A stretch of DNA of 63,379 nucleotides, counting the filler, from Lentisphaeria bacterium (GTDB taxonomy: Bacteria; Verrucomicrobiota; Lentisphaeria; JABSQK01; JAWLHB01): assembly GCA_041690595.1 (NCBI GenBank). It is 5 parts of 5 records of this genome, joined end to end, with 100 filler letters (N's around TTAATTAATTAA, not from the genome) between each part and the next. Parts side by side here need not be neighbours in the genome. Positions count along the whole stretch, not along the records: positions 45,593 to 59,285 come from JAWLHB010000079.1; positions 59,386 to 63,379 come from JAWLHB010000094.1; 3 more parts are not named here. The stretch is one strand, 5' to 3'. A program made the translations under genes and the position numbers. Of the stretch, positions 49,550-60,418 are shown piece after piece (the first letter of the stretch is position 1; each line of letters starts with the position of its first letter). Under the pieces are notes generated by a model that saw only the letters and a program-made list of their open reading frames with translations, was not told the origin of the DNA and searched no databases.

Positions 49550-51025
49550 TCAGGCAAGGGATGCGAGATCCGGATGTCGAGCAGCGCGGGTTTCGTCTAA
49601 ACGTGTGACTGGATAGTGTATAGGACACGGATCGAGAGCCCCCGGTTCCATTCGGGCCTTCGCGACGATGCGCTCGAGCGCCTCAATGAAGGCATCGAGG
49701 GTCTGCCTGGATTCGGTTTCGGTAGGCTCGATCATCATGGCCTCGGGCACGATCAAAGGGAAATAGATGGTCGGCGGATGGAAGCCCTCGTCAAGCAGCG
49801 CCTTCGCGATATCGAGGGCATGAATGCCTTCAGCGGCAAGCGCATCGCCGGAGAAAACGCACTCGTGCATGCAGACGCGATCGTAGGCGACACGGAAGAG
49901 CTTCTGAAGCCGCACGCGCATGTAATTGGCATTGATCACGGCATTGTCGGCGACGCGCCTGAGCCCTTCGCGCCCCAGCGTCAGGGTATAGGCGTAGGCC
50001 CGCAGAATCATGCCGAAGTTGCCATAAAAGGGGGCTATGTAGCCGATGCTGTCGCGCAGGTCGTACTTGAGATAGTAGGTGCCGTCCTGGCGGCGGATCA
50101 CCCGCGAGGTGGGCAGGAAGGGGACAAGCCTGGGCGAAACGCCAACCACTCCAGAGCCGGGGCCGCCCCCACCATGCGGGGTCGAAAAGGTCTTGTGAAG
50201 GTTGACGTGCATGCAGTCGAATCCCAGATCGCCGGGCCGTACACGGCCGAGAATGGCATTCAGATTGGCGCCGTCGGCATAGCAGAGGCCGCCGGCCTCA
50301 TGGACCAGACGGCAGATTTCGCGAACGTTGGGATCATAGAGACCGAGGGTGCTGGGGCAGGTGAGCATGATGCCGGCGGTCTCGTTGTCGAGGGCGCCGC
50401 GCAAAGCATCCATGTCGACATTGCCTTGGGCATCCGTTGGGATCTCGCGCACATTGAAGCCGGCTATGGCGGCGGTGGCGGGATTGGTGCCGTGGGCGCT
50501 GTCGGGAATCAGGATGGTATTGCGGCGGGTGCCATGCTTCTTGTGCCAGGCGGCGATCATCATGATGCCGGTGAGCTCGCCATGGGCACCGGCGAGCGGC
50601 TGCATGGTGAAGTTGGCAAAGCCGAGAATATCCGAAAGAAGCGCTTCCAGTTCGTAGAGGACGGTCAGGGCTCCCTGCGTCAGCGCCCCACCCCGCCGCA
50701 ACTGCGGCAGGAGCGGATGCAGGTCGGCAAATCCGGGCAGAGCGGCGATGCGCTCATGGAACTTCGGATTGTATTTCATGGTGCAGGAGCCGAGCGGATA
50801 GAAGCAGGTGTCGATCGCCAGGTTCTTCCGGCTCAGGTTCACAAAGTGGCGGACGACCTGCAGCTCGCTGACCTCAGGCAAGGCCGCGGGTGCCGCGCGG
50901 CGGAGAGCCTCGGGGACGGCGGAGCGTTCCGGCACGTCCAGGCGGGGCAGAGAGGTTCCGCGGCGACCGGGTCGGCCGCGCTCGAAGATCAGCGTCGTAT
51001 CGTTGATGATGGCGCGATCACTCAT
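49550..51025 (-). CDS. gcvPB: Glycine dehydrogenase subunit 2
   Basis: YPLGSCTMKYNP, AGAHGE, SAHGTNPA, HVNLHKTFSTPHGGGGPG, IEPTETES. Confidence 0.97.
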   Translation of the reverse strand: MSDRAIINDTTLIFERGRPGRRGTSLPRLDVPERSAVPEALRRAAPAALPEVSELQVVRHFVNLSRKNLAIDTCFYPLGSCTMKYNPKFHERIAALPGFADLHPLLPQLRRGGALTQGALTVLYELEALLSDILGFANFTMQPLAGAHGELTGIMMIAAWHKKHGTRRNTILIPDSAHGTNPATAAIAGFNVREIPTDAQGNVDMDALRGALDNETAGIMLTCPSTLGLYDPNVREICRLVHEAGGLCYADGANLNAILGRVRPGDLGFDCMHVNLHKTFSTPHGGGGPGSGVVGVSPRLVPFLPTSRVIRRQDGTYYLKYDLRDSIGYIAPFYGNFGMILRAYAYTLTLGREGLRRVADNAVINANYMRVRLQKLFRVAYDRVCMHECVFSGDALAAEGIHALDIAKALLDEGFHPPTIYFPLIVPEAMMIEPTETESRQTLDAFIEALERIVAKARMEPGALDPCPIHYPVTRLDETRAARHPDLASLA

Positions 51026-52398
51026 TCGATGGCTCCTCCCACAAGTATTCCCTCGTCGGCAAGGACGGCCTCCAACGCGACAGCCAGGGCGCGAATCTCT
51101 TCGCGGGTCCGCTTTTCCGTAACGGCCACCAGCAGGTCGTTCTTGCGGTTTGGATAGTATCGAGCGAGGGGGAAGCCCGGAGCAAAACCCTTGTCGATCA
51201 TGTGGCCCACAACATGGGCGGCCTCAACCGGCAGGCGGATCACGAACTCATTGAAAAAGGCCGGTTGGTCCACTGCCTGAACGCCGGGGATGGAGAGCAA
51301 CTGCTCCCGGGCATAGCATGCCTTGGAGGCGCACAACTTGCCGATCTGCTCGAAGCCATCCTTCCCCACCGCGGAGAGATAGACAATGGCGGCCAACGCG
51401 CATAGCCCTTCGTTGGTGCAGATATTGCTCGTCGCACGGGCACGGCGGATGTGCTGCTCACGCGCCTGGAGGGTCAGCACGAAACCTTCTTTGCCATCGC
51501 GATCGAGCGTGCGCCCGACCAGGCGACCGGGAAGTTGGCGCATGTGCTTCTGGCGAGTGGTGATGAAGCCCAGATACGGCCCTCCGAAGGAGAGGGGGAT
51601 GCCCAGACTCTGCCCTTCGCCAGTGACGACATCGAAGCCAAAGTCGCCCGGCGGCCGGATACTGGAAAGGGCGATGGGATAGGTGGAACAGACGGTGATG
51701 ACCCCTTTCTTCGCGGCCGCCTCGACAAGAGGGCTCCAGTCTTCGATCGCGCCGAAGACATTGGGATACTGGACAAGGACGCAGGCGGTCTTGTCATCGA
51801 GCAGGTCGATGAGCCGCTCCATGTCGCTGCGTGTGCCATCCTCGGGAGCGGGGACGGTTTCCAGTTCGATGTCAAGGTTCTGACTGTAGCAGCGGATCAT
51901 CTCGCGATAGATAGGCGAGACGGTGCCGCTCAGGACAACGCGATTCCGCCTGGAGAGGCGCAGCCCCATCATCATACCCTCGAAGAGGGCGGTTCCCCCA
52001 TCGTAATGCGATGCATTGGAGACTTCCATGGCGGTAAGGCGGCAGATCGCCGACTGAAACTCGTACATCGCCTGCAGCGTTCCCTGGGAAGCTTCCGGCT
52101 GATACGGTGTATAGGCGGTATAGAACTCCGCCCGGCCGATCATCTCGGTTACCACCGCGGGGATGATGTGGTCATAATAGCCGCTGCCGATGAAGGAGAC
52201 CAGATCGTGAGCGTTGAGGTCGGCAAGCTTGCTCAGATAGCGGCTGACCTCATACTCGGATCGGCCGCGAGGAACCTTGGCCAGGTCGGGGGGCGCTTCG
52301 TCGATGCCCGCAAGGCGCCACAACTCCTCGACGCTCTTGACACCAATGGCGTCAAGCATCTCGCGGCGGTCATCATCGGTATTGGCAATATACGGCAT
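51022..52398 (-). CDS. gcvPA: Glycine dehydrogenase subunit 1
   Basis: FYTAYTPYQPEASQG, NASHYDG, FGGPYLG, REQHIRR..ATSNICTN. Confidence 0.97.
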   Translation of the reverse strand: MPYIANTDDDRREMLDAIGVKSVEELWRLAGIDEAPPDLAKVPRGRSEYEVSRYLSKLADLNAHDLVSFIGSGYYDHIIPAVVTEMIGRAEFYTAYTPYQPEASQGTLQAMYEFQSAICRLTAMEVSNASHYDGGTALFEGMMMGLRLSRRNRVVLSGTVSPIYREMIRCYSQNLDIELETVPAPEDGTRSDMERLIDLLDDKTACVLVQYPNVFGAIEDWSPLVEAAAKKGVITVCSTYPIALSSIRPPGDFGFDVVTGEGQSLGIPLSFGGPYLGFITTRQKHMRQLPGRLVGRTLDRDGKEGFVLTLQAREQHIRRARATSNICTNEGLCALAAIVYLSAVGKDGFEQIGKLCASKACYAREQLLSIPGVQAVDQPAFFNEFVIRLPVEAAHVVGHMIDKGFAPGFPLARYYPNRKNDLLVAVTEKRTREEIRALAVALEAVLADEGILVGGAIE

Positions 52399-52422
52399 GC
52401 GGAACTCGGGTTGAACGAAATA

Positions 52423-52797
52423 TCAGTCTTCGTCTTCAAGCAGGAAGGCGAGGTATTCATCATGTGTCATCAGGGACTGAAACTCATCCTGACTGACGTC
52501 GGCGAGCTTGCAGATCCAGCCATCGGACTCGGCTGACTCATTGATGATCTCGGGCTTCTCTTCGAGTTCGGCATGAACGGCGGTGACGGTGCCGGCAATG
52601 GGCGCGAAGATGTCTGCGGCAGCTTTGACGGATTCAATGACGCAGATGACGTCGCCCTGAGAGAAGGTCGATCCCGTATCGGGCAACTCGACGAAGGTGA
52701 TATCGCCCAGCTCCTCGGCGGCATGCTCGGTGATGCCGACAGTGGCGATACCGCCAGACAGCTCGATCCACTCGTGTTCTTCTGTATAACGTTTCAT
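52423..52797 (-). CDS. gcvH: Glycine cleavage system H protein
   Basis: EHEW, VGIT, LGDITFVELP, IESVK (lipoyl Lys). Confidence 0.97.
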   Translation of the reverse strand: MKRYTEEHEWIELSGGIATVGITEHAAEELGDITFVELPDTGSTFSQGDVICVIESVKAAADIFAPIAGTVTAVHAELEEKPEIINESAESDGWICKLADVSQDEFQSLMTHDEYLAFLLEDED

Positions 52798-52874
52798 GTA
52801 CGTCCTTTTAATGGGGCTGGTAAGTATCGCGGCAGAGGTTCCGCGGATACAAGACTATAGTTGATGGGATCATG

Positions 52875-53969
52875 TCAAATAGACATCCGGGCAGTGCCTT
52901 CCCGGTAGAAAGGCGGTCGCACGACGACGCCTTGAATCTCGCTCCGCCCGACCTTGGCGGCAACATGCTTGCCAAGTAAATCCAGATCCGGCTGCACATA
53001 AGCGAGAGCAATGGCGGTTTCGAGAGAAGGCGAAAAAGAACCTGACGTGACCGTTCCGATCACCTTGCCGGCGGCATCGGTGAGCGGGGTTTCTTCGCGA
53101 GCAGCACGTCGTCCTTCGAAACGAACACCGACGAGCTTGCGGGTTGGCGGCTTGTCGCGCAGGGCATCGCGGCCGACAAACGGCCGATCGAGATCGAGCA
53201 TGGGACCGAACCCCGCCTCGACAGGTGTCGTCTGGCGATTCAGTTCGTGGCCGTACAAGGGGTAGCCCATTTCGAGGCGCAGCGTATCGCGGGCGCCGAG
53301 ACCGGCGGGCTTGACGGGTTTGGCTGCCAGCAGCATCTCCCAGAAGCGGGGAGCATGCGCATCGTTGAAATACAGTTCGTAGCCGCATTCGCCGGTATAT
53401 CCCGTGCGGCTGAGAAGCAGGGGAATGCCTTCCCATTCAGTCTCGACAAAGCGGAAGTAGGCGGGCAGGCTCTCCCGGATGAAACCAAGTTCTTCGAGCA
53501 CCCAGGCGCTGGAAGGTCCTTGTATGTCCAGCTTCGCGGTGGTGGCGGATTCGTCGATGAAAGCCGTATCGGCGGAGACGCGGGCACACAGATGATTCGC
53601 ATCACCCTCGCGGGTACCGGCATTGACGACGATGTAAAATTCGTCGACGCCAAGGCGATAGACGATAATGTCATCGACAATCGTACCGTCCTTGGTGAGC
53701 AGGAAATTGTAACGGCAGGATCCGATGGGCTGATCGGAAGCGGAGCGGGGCAGCAGGGCGTCGAGGTCTTCTTCGGCGGCGGGTCCGCTGAGGCGGAATT
53801 GACCCATGTGACTGCAGTCGAATACAGAGACGGCGCGCCGCGTGTGATGGTGCTCGGCAAGGATGCCCTCGCCATACTGCACCGGCATTCGCCATCCGGC
53901 AAAGGGCACCATGCGCGCGCCCAAGGCTTCGTGCTCTTCAGCGAGCGGCGTTTCTTTCAGATCACTCAT
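52875..53969 (-). CDS. gcvT: Glycine cleavage system aminomethyltransferase T
   Basis: [40 protein letters not shown]. Confidence 0.97.
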   Translation of the reverse strand: MSDLKETPLAEEHEALGARMVPFAGWRMPVQYGEGILAEHHHTRRAVSVFDCSHMGQFRLSGPAAEEDLDALLPRSASDQPIGSCRYNFLLTKDGTIVDDIIVYRLGVDEFYIVVNAGTREGDANHLCARVSADTAFIDESATTAKLDIQGPSSAWVLEELGFIRESLPAYFRFVETEWEGIPLLLSRTGYTGECGYELYFNDAHAPRFWEMLLAAKPVKPAGLGARDTLRLEMGYPLYGHELNRQTTPVEAGFGPMLDLDRPFVGRDALRDKPPTRKLVGVRFEGRRAAREETPLTDAAGKVIGTVTSGSFSPSLETAIALAYVQPDLDLLGKHVAAKVGRSEIQGVVVRPPFYREGTARMSI

Positions 53970-54109
53970 GCGGTTACCGACTTGTCGGGGAAGATTGTTG
54001 CAGTGCTGCACTAGTCCTGTATAAAACGGCTCAGACGTCATAAAGTCAAGCTGACTCACCGGAAAAATTACCATTCCGAGCAAGAGAAACAGGGGCGAAA
54101 AGCGAGCGG

Positions 54110-54358
54110 GTGAAGGGGGAAAGTTTCATCGTCACCGCCTCGGCGGAAGGCTGGAGTCCCGACACCGCCACGGTGACCATTCTCGATGATGACGAGAATG
54201 TGATCCGCATGCGTTTCATCCCCGACACGATTAATGAGGATGCCGGGGAGCATTCCATACGATGCGAGATAACCCGCGGTGGCGACGTCTCGTCGTTGCC
54301 GATCGCCGTATCGAAACGATCAAGAGCTTCCCGTGGGGCGATGAGACGATCGAGGTAG
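54110..54358 (+). pseudogene. Fragment of a Calx-beta/Ig-like surface protein
   Basis: 'IVTASA...ATVTILDDD...INEDAG'; no signal peptide; runs into the Rhs sequence in another frame. Confidence 0.5.
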
Positions 54359-57300
54359 TCGTCGATCCAAAAGGCAAAGCTGAGCGCACCACGTGGGAGT
54401 TCTATGAAACCGAAGGAGAGGCTGGATACGGGAAGCTCAGGCAGATGGTCGGCCCGACTGGGTATTGGGAGCGGTACGCGTATGATGTGGATGGCCGCAA
54501 GACGAAGGCGGTGCGCATGTTCCTCGATTCGCCGCTGGAGAGTCCGGACGAGCAGTGTCGAGTCACCGAGTACAGCTATGCTCCCGTCCACCCTGATGAC
54601 AATGGAGCTACCCGCCCCCACTCCCCGCGCCTGGTCGTGGAAAGGCTCAAGGGAATCGAGACCAGCCGCACCTATCATGTCTACCTGCCCCACGAGAAAC
54701 GCACTATCCGATGCGCGGAGCGCGGCGCGTCTTGGGATGCGCCGGAGAACCTGATCTCGATCACTCGCTACCTGGCGGAAGGAACCTTCGCGGGTAAGAC
54801 TGCCTCCGTTCGTCACGAGAATGGCACCGTGACCCTCTACGATTACCAGCTCGACGAGAATGGCAATCTCATCACCACCGTCGACTCCGGCGCTCCCAGT
54901 GAGGATGGCACGACCGTCGTTGCCGGCAGCCGTAGCGTCTCCGTTCAGAACAAGCTTGGCCACAGCCTCTCCAGCAGCACCTACGATATCGCCAGCGGCA
55001 TCCTCACCGACTACCAGGAGAACACCGAGTTCGACAGCTTCGGCCGCGTCACGCGGACCGACTACCTCGACGGTACCTGGAGCGAGCGCAAGTATGGCTG
55101 CTGCGGCGTTGACTGGGAGCGCGACCGCGAGGGCCACGTCACCACCTATCAGTATGACGACCAGAAGCGGCTCATCGCCACCACCGATCAGTCCACCAAT
55201 CTCACCACCCGCCACGACTATGACGCCGCCGGCAATCAAGTGGCCACCTGGCAAATCGCCCATGACGGCACGGAGCTGCTCGTCAGCCGCTCCGAGTACG
55301 CCGGTGGTGACTTGATCGCCACCTACGACGCTGCAGGTAATCGGGCGGAGCACAAGGAGGAGATCATTGACGGCGTCCAGATCAGCACCACCCTTCTTCC
55401 GAATCAAGCGACCAGCATTCAGCGCTACTATCCCGACCGGCAGCTTCGCGAGACAGCCGGCACCGCCGCCTGGCCGCAGCGCTACGAGTATGGCGTCGAT
55501 GAGCGGGGCGAATTCAGCGCGACCATGATGCTCGATCTGCAAGGGGTGCCACGCAGAGCCACCTACAGCTACACGGATCTTCTCGGTCGTTCCTACCTCA
55601 CGATTTTTCCCGACGGTAGCGAGAGTCGACAGATATACGACGCCAAGGGACACCTTGCCGAAAGTATCCAACCAGACGGCCAGATCCTGCTCTACGCCGA
55701 CAACGCTCAGGGCCAGATCGAAACGACCGCAATTGACATGAACCGTAACCATCGTATCGACTACGATGGTGGCGATATCATCGCCCGCACCATCACGGAG
55801 ACTGCCGAGAAGACGTTGTCCGACGGCAGCACGGTTCCGGTCGTGCGAACGCGTTCCTGGGATTGGCCGGATGCCGGCAAAGGCGAGCCGCGGCTCATCG
55901 CTACCACCGAGCGGTCCATCGACGGACGCCATACCTGGGAAACGCGATTTGACCGAACCACCGAGATGCTAACAGATTACGGCAGCAAAGCAGATGATAG
56001 CTTCGAGAAACGGGTCACCAATACCGCTCCCGATGGGTCAAGACAAGTCGACACCTATCGCGCCGGTCGGCTTGTAAAACAGCGCCAATTGGACTCAGCT
56101 GGCGATACCGCCGCCATTACCGACTATACCTACGACGTCTTTGGTCGCCTGACGGTACAGCGCAAGCAGATCCTGAAGAGTAGTACCATGGCAGTACCGA
56201 CCGTAGCTGAAACGCGGTGGGAGTACGACCGGCTCGGCCAGTTGACGGCAGAGCGTAATGCCGAAGGCGGCGTCACCCGCTACGACTACGACAAGCGCGG
56301 CAACAGGCTTGCCGTCACCGACCCGAACGGTAACACCACTCGCTACCAGTACGACGAGCGGAACCGCCAGATTGCCGAGATCGACGCGCTCGGCAACATC
56401 ACCCGCAAAGAATACGACGACTACGGTCACCTTACGGCAATCATCGACGCCAACGGCAATCCGACCCGTTATGCCTACGATGATCTTGGTCAGAAGGTCA
56501 GCGACACCTATGCCGACAACAGTGTCTACAGCTACGACTATGACGAGCAGGGCCGCCTCCTGCATAAGCAAGATCCGCGCGGCTCCTTCTTCACCTACCA
56601 CTATGATGGTGCCGGTCGCCTCACCGCGATTAAGGTCGTCCCCGGACCAGACGTGCCGAATCGCTCCACGCTCCTGTCTTATCGTTACGACGAAGCTGGG
56701 CGCATGATCCGCGCCGCAGACAATGTCGATCCCGAGGACCCAACCGACGATGTCATCGACACGTGGACATACAGCCGCAACGGGGCTATCGTAGACGAGA
56801 CGCAGGCCATTGGCGACTTCGTCAAGACTGTACGCACAGAGCAGGTTCCAGAGGACTTCGCCATGAAGATCCACTATCCATCAGGACCAATAGTCACCAT
56901 CACCAGCGATCCTGCCGACGGCCGTCAAGTCTACGACAAGGATGGCGACATGGTGCTCACCGTCATCCCCGACCTCGCTACCGGCCAATTTGCGCAAAAG
57001 CGCTACGGCAATGGCATGCATCTCACCTATAGCTACGACAAAATGGGCCGCACCACCGAGATGCTCTGGGAACACAAAGAGGACCAGAAGCTCCTTGCCG
57101 GTTTCCGCTACCGCTACGACGCAGCGGGTAACACGATCTCCGAAGAAAAGTTCCACCTGCCCGACCACTCCAGCGTCTACGACTACGACCAACTCAACCG
57201 GATCGTCGGTTATCGCGAAGGCCGCTTCGACCGAAGCCAAGATGATGTCCTCCCGCTCCCCATCCACACCCAAACTTGGCAGCTTGATGCCCTCCACAAT

Positions 57301-58029
57301 TGGCAATCCGCCACCGAAGACGGAAAGCCTCTCCCTGCCCGACAGCACAACAAAGTCAACCAGATCACCCACATCGGCGACAAGACCCTCAACTACGACG
57401 CCAATGGGAACAGCAGTGTACTTCCCCGCGAGAATGGCCCTCTCTACCTGCAGTTTGATCCTCATGATCGGCTCGCATCCGTGGAATCTCGTTCTGCATC
57501 TTCATATATCCATTACTGGGGTATGCACTTGACTCCCACGACCACTACATGTTGTGGTTGGCTCAAGGCGCCAGATCGACCGAGGAGGCTTTCTGTGACT
57601 GAACCACCAGAAACCATTGTTTCCAAGGGCCACTTATGACGTATCCTGTCGCTGGCCACACAAACATGCGGCAATGCCAGCACGGGTGCGTGGTACATGG
57701 AGGTAAAGGGAGGTGAAGTTGCACAATTTGACCTCCCCAAGTTGTCCCTTTCGGCTTCTATACGCGAGAGGCATCGCAATCATCGTCAGCACTATCTGCC
57801 AGGTGTCAGTAAAAGTCATCCTTCCGAAACACTACATATTGGGGCAGTGGGAGTCAAGTGCATACCCCAGATCCATTATACTCACGACGCACTCGGGCGT
57901 TGCGTTAAGGTGGATAGTGAACTTGATAATATCTACAGCATATACCACAGGCATTCAGTTGTAGAAAATTGCCGAGTAGGAAATACGGTCGCCTTGCAAA
58001 CGATGTACTATGGCAGTGCAACTGATTGA
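54262..58029 (+). pseudogene. Rhs/YD-repeat protein, N-terminally truncated, interrupted by a MITE, lacking the conserved core end
   Basis: Many YD repeats (YDAAGN, YDVFGR, YDRLGQ, YDKRGN); frame resumes as IHYTHDALGR after MITE removal; no DPxG motif. Confidence 0.85.
57516..57870. mobile_element. 355-bp non-autonomous element (MITE), possibly IS1595-related
   Basis: Perfect 24-bp TIRs CTGGGGTATGCACTTGACTCCCAC; 8-bp TSD ATCCATTA at 57508-57515 and 57871-57878. Confidence 0.93.
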
Positions 58030-58412
58030 GCCATGGCTACAACTACCTTAATTCGGGGGGACTATCACGTGCGCAAGACGAATCCTTGGCGCATGCGGCG
58101 GGATATTCAGCTAATACCATTGTGAGATTAACCGAGATGGATCGAGCTTTGCAGCGTGGAAGTGCAAACAGCATTCTCTTACAACAGGCATGGTGGCAAG
58201 CGTGGGCACCTGTCTCGCTAGAATCGGGAAATCCTGACTTCCGATCGGCGATGCACAAGTACGAGTTTCGGCTGTCCTGTAACCGTGTTGCAGGCTATTT
58301 TAATAAGTTGGCGGCCTCAAAGGGATTGGCGGCATGCTTTCACTGTGATGTTGAAGCCACCGCTGGCGACAACTACTATCTTTACTACGAAATACCAGAG
58401 GCGGTGCGCTAA
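58026..58412 (+). pseudogene. Putative orphaned Rhs C-terminal (toxin) fragment
   Basis: Low-GC ORF directly after the Rhs remnant, weak TTG start; called on position only. Confidence 0.4.
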
Positions 58413-58419
58413 CGAGGTC

Positions 58420-58881
58420 ATGGTGAAAATACGATTAAACTTTTGGAACCTTCTGCTTCCCGCAATCACATTCCTTTTTATATGGCTGACATCTTCATGG
58501 TTTCTTAGCAGGATTGAGAAACAGGAATACCCAGAGAAGTTGCATCAAGAAATTCAACTTCTGTTGGAGTTCTGTTTGAGCGCCCATGATCTTCCATTCT
58601 CTGATAGATTCAAGAACGACAGAGCATTTACAATAGAAACAACGCCATCAATCGAGGACCTTCTGCAAACGCTTAGGGCCAATGTTATATCTCATTCAAA
58701 CAGCACTCAATTGGTTTCAGTGTCCAACACAAACTGCGGGAATATCACGGCCAATACCTTTGGTCGTCTTATTGTGGTACTGGATTTTGATGGAGATGGA
58801 GTTCTGTCATCGGATCTTCTATACACAGATAGCGACCACTTTGGCAGATATTATGTGGGCCCCAATGGGGTAGCCCCATAG
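58420..58881 (+). CDS. Low-GC hypothetical protein with an N-terminal TM; candidate immunity protein
   Basis: GAGGT RBS; starts 7 nt after the previous stop; AT-rich codons. Confidence 0.5.
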   Translation: MVKIRLNFWNLLLPAITFLFIWLTSSWFLSRIEKQEYPEKLHQEIQLLLEFCLSAHDLPFSDRFKNDRAFTIETTPSIEDLLQTLRANVISHSNSTQLVSVSNTNCGNITANTFGRLIVVLDFDGDGVLSSDLLYTDSDHFGRYYVGPNGVAP

Positions 58882-58946
58882 ACCATAGCAGATCATCCGG
58901 TACATAATCGTTAAAAATATCGTCTCCGCCAGAGGAAATACTATAA

Positions 58947-59207
58947 GGCGCAGTCCCTGCGGCGACCCTTTCCCGCACCCTGGACACCTCCGCCGTCGCC
59001 GATGGTCAGCACACCCTCACCGCCCGCGCCGTTGACGCCTCCGGGAATACCGCCGACGCCGATCCCCTGACTCTGCTCACCAGCTCCGCCATCTCCAACT
59101 TCACCGTCACCCCCGCCATCGCCACCGTAGGCGATAGCGACATCGCCATCTCCGCCACCCTTCGCCAGGCCGCCCCGTGGACACTCACCCAACTTCAGCA
59201 TAAGTGA
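58947..59207 (+). pseudogene. Bacterial Ig-like domain fragment with no start codon
   Basis: Hand translation LDTSAVADGQHTLTARAVDASGNTA...; GC content returns to high. Confidence 0.6.
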
Positions 59208-59285
59208 CGGCTGAAATGGCGATTTTTGAGCCTTTTGTGCGGACCACAGGCTCAAGCGGTTTCATTTCTGGCGAAATAGTGACTG

Positions 59286-59385
59286 NNNNNNNNNNNNNNN
59301 NNNNNNNNNNNNNNNNNNNNNNNNNNNNNTTAATTAATTAANNNNNNNNNNNNNNNNNNNNNNNNNNNNNNNNNNNNNNNNNNNN
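59286..59385. other. Artificial contig linker
   Basis: Ns + TTAATTAATTAA. Confidence 0.98.
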
Positions 59386-59648
59386 ATCAGCAGGGGCCGC
59401 GTGTGCCGGGTGATGGCTTCGTCCTTCATGATCAGGCCGTAGGCCAGCACCAGCGAGATCCCGGTGCTCATCAGGGCCAGAAAGATGTAGGTCACCAGCG
59501 GCAGTGTCCAGACCAGCGCACTATTGGTCGCGAACAGGTGCCCGAAGAACATCTCGTACAGACCGACGGCACCGCCCGCCACCAGTCCGACGGCGATCAG
59601 GATCCAGGTGGGCGTCGCAAAATCTCTCAGACTGACATTGGCGTTCAT
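59386..59648 (-). CDS. arrC: NrfD/PsrC-family membrane anchor (ArrC-like), truncated by the contig end
   Basis: AAGGAG RBS; TM followed by 'WTLPLVTYIFLALMSTG' NrfD-like motif; directly after arrB. Confidence 0.7.
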
Positions 59649-59651
59649 GGT

Positions 59652-60392
59652 TTACGCTCCTTGGTCTTCGCCGGCCGGGCGGAAGGGGTCGAAACGGCGC
59701 TGAGGCGTGTAGTCGCGGAGGTAGATCACCCGCGGCCGGGTGCCCAGTTCTTCGCGCAGGCCCTTGCCGCCGTGTTTCGCAACCAGCCTGCTGACCTCGC
59801 TGTTCGGATCGTCGATGTCCCCGAACTGCCGTGCACCCGAGGGGCAGGCGTCGACACAGGCCGGTGCCAGGCCTTCGAGGAGGCGGTGATCGCAGAAGGT
59901 GCACTTCTCCACGGAACCGGCGGGGCGAACGACAGGGTAGGTCGTGCCGCGCTCCGGGTTGCCATGCGGTGAGCCTTCGCCCCCGGACTCTTCGAGCATC
60001 TCACGGGGCGAGAAGCATCCCTCCGCGAGCTGGTCTCTCTGGGCCCAATGCTGATGCGGGCGTTGCCAGTTGAAACTGATCACGCCGTAGGGGCAGGCAA
60101 CGATGCATGCCTTGCAGCCGATGCACTTGTTCGTGTCGTGCAGGGTCAGGCCAGTGCCAGCGTCCTTGTACATCGCCTGCGTCGGGCAGGCGGCCACGCA
60201 GGGCGCGTTGTCACAGTGGTTGCACATCGTCGAGATGTACTCGTAGCGCACGTTCGGAAACTTCCCGCTGGTGCGGGTGATCTTGTCGCACCAGTTGAAG
60301 CCGACCGGCGTGTTGTTTTCGATCTTGCACGCGATCGTGCAAGCGGCGCAGCCGACGCACAGCTGCTGGTCAATCACCATTCCATAACCCAT
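59652..60392 (-). CDS. arrB: Respiratory arsenate reductase 4Fe-4S subunit
   Basis: Four cluster motifs CVGCAACTIAC, CNHCDNAPCVAACP, CIGCKACIVACPY, KCTFC..PACVDACP; AGGAG RBS. Confidence 0.88.
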   Translation of the reverse strand: MGYGMVIDQQLCVGCAACTIACKIENNTPVGFNWCDKITRTSGKFPNVRYEYISTMCNHCDNAPCVAACPTQAMYKDAGTGLTLHDTNKCIGCKACIVACPYGVISFNWQRPHQHWAQRDQLAEGCFSPREMLEESGGEGSPHGNPERGTTYPVVRPAGSVEKCTFCDHRLLEGLAPACVDACPSGARQFGDIDDPNSEVSRLVAKHGGKGLREELGTRPRVIYLRDYTPQRRFDPFRPAGEDQGA

Positions 60393-60418
60393 GACGAATC
60401 TCCTGGCAGTTGCCGGCT

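Noticed and set aside
53970..54110. Glycine riboswitch upstream of gcvT
   Set aside because: No GGAGA...CCGAAG...CTCAGG aptamer pattern seen, and the leader is short.
58881..59648. Link between the Rhs locus and the arr operon as one island
   Set aside because: They are separated by an artificial linker and lie on different contigs.
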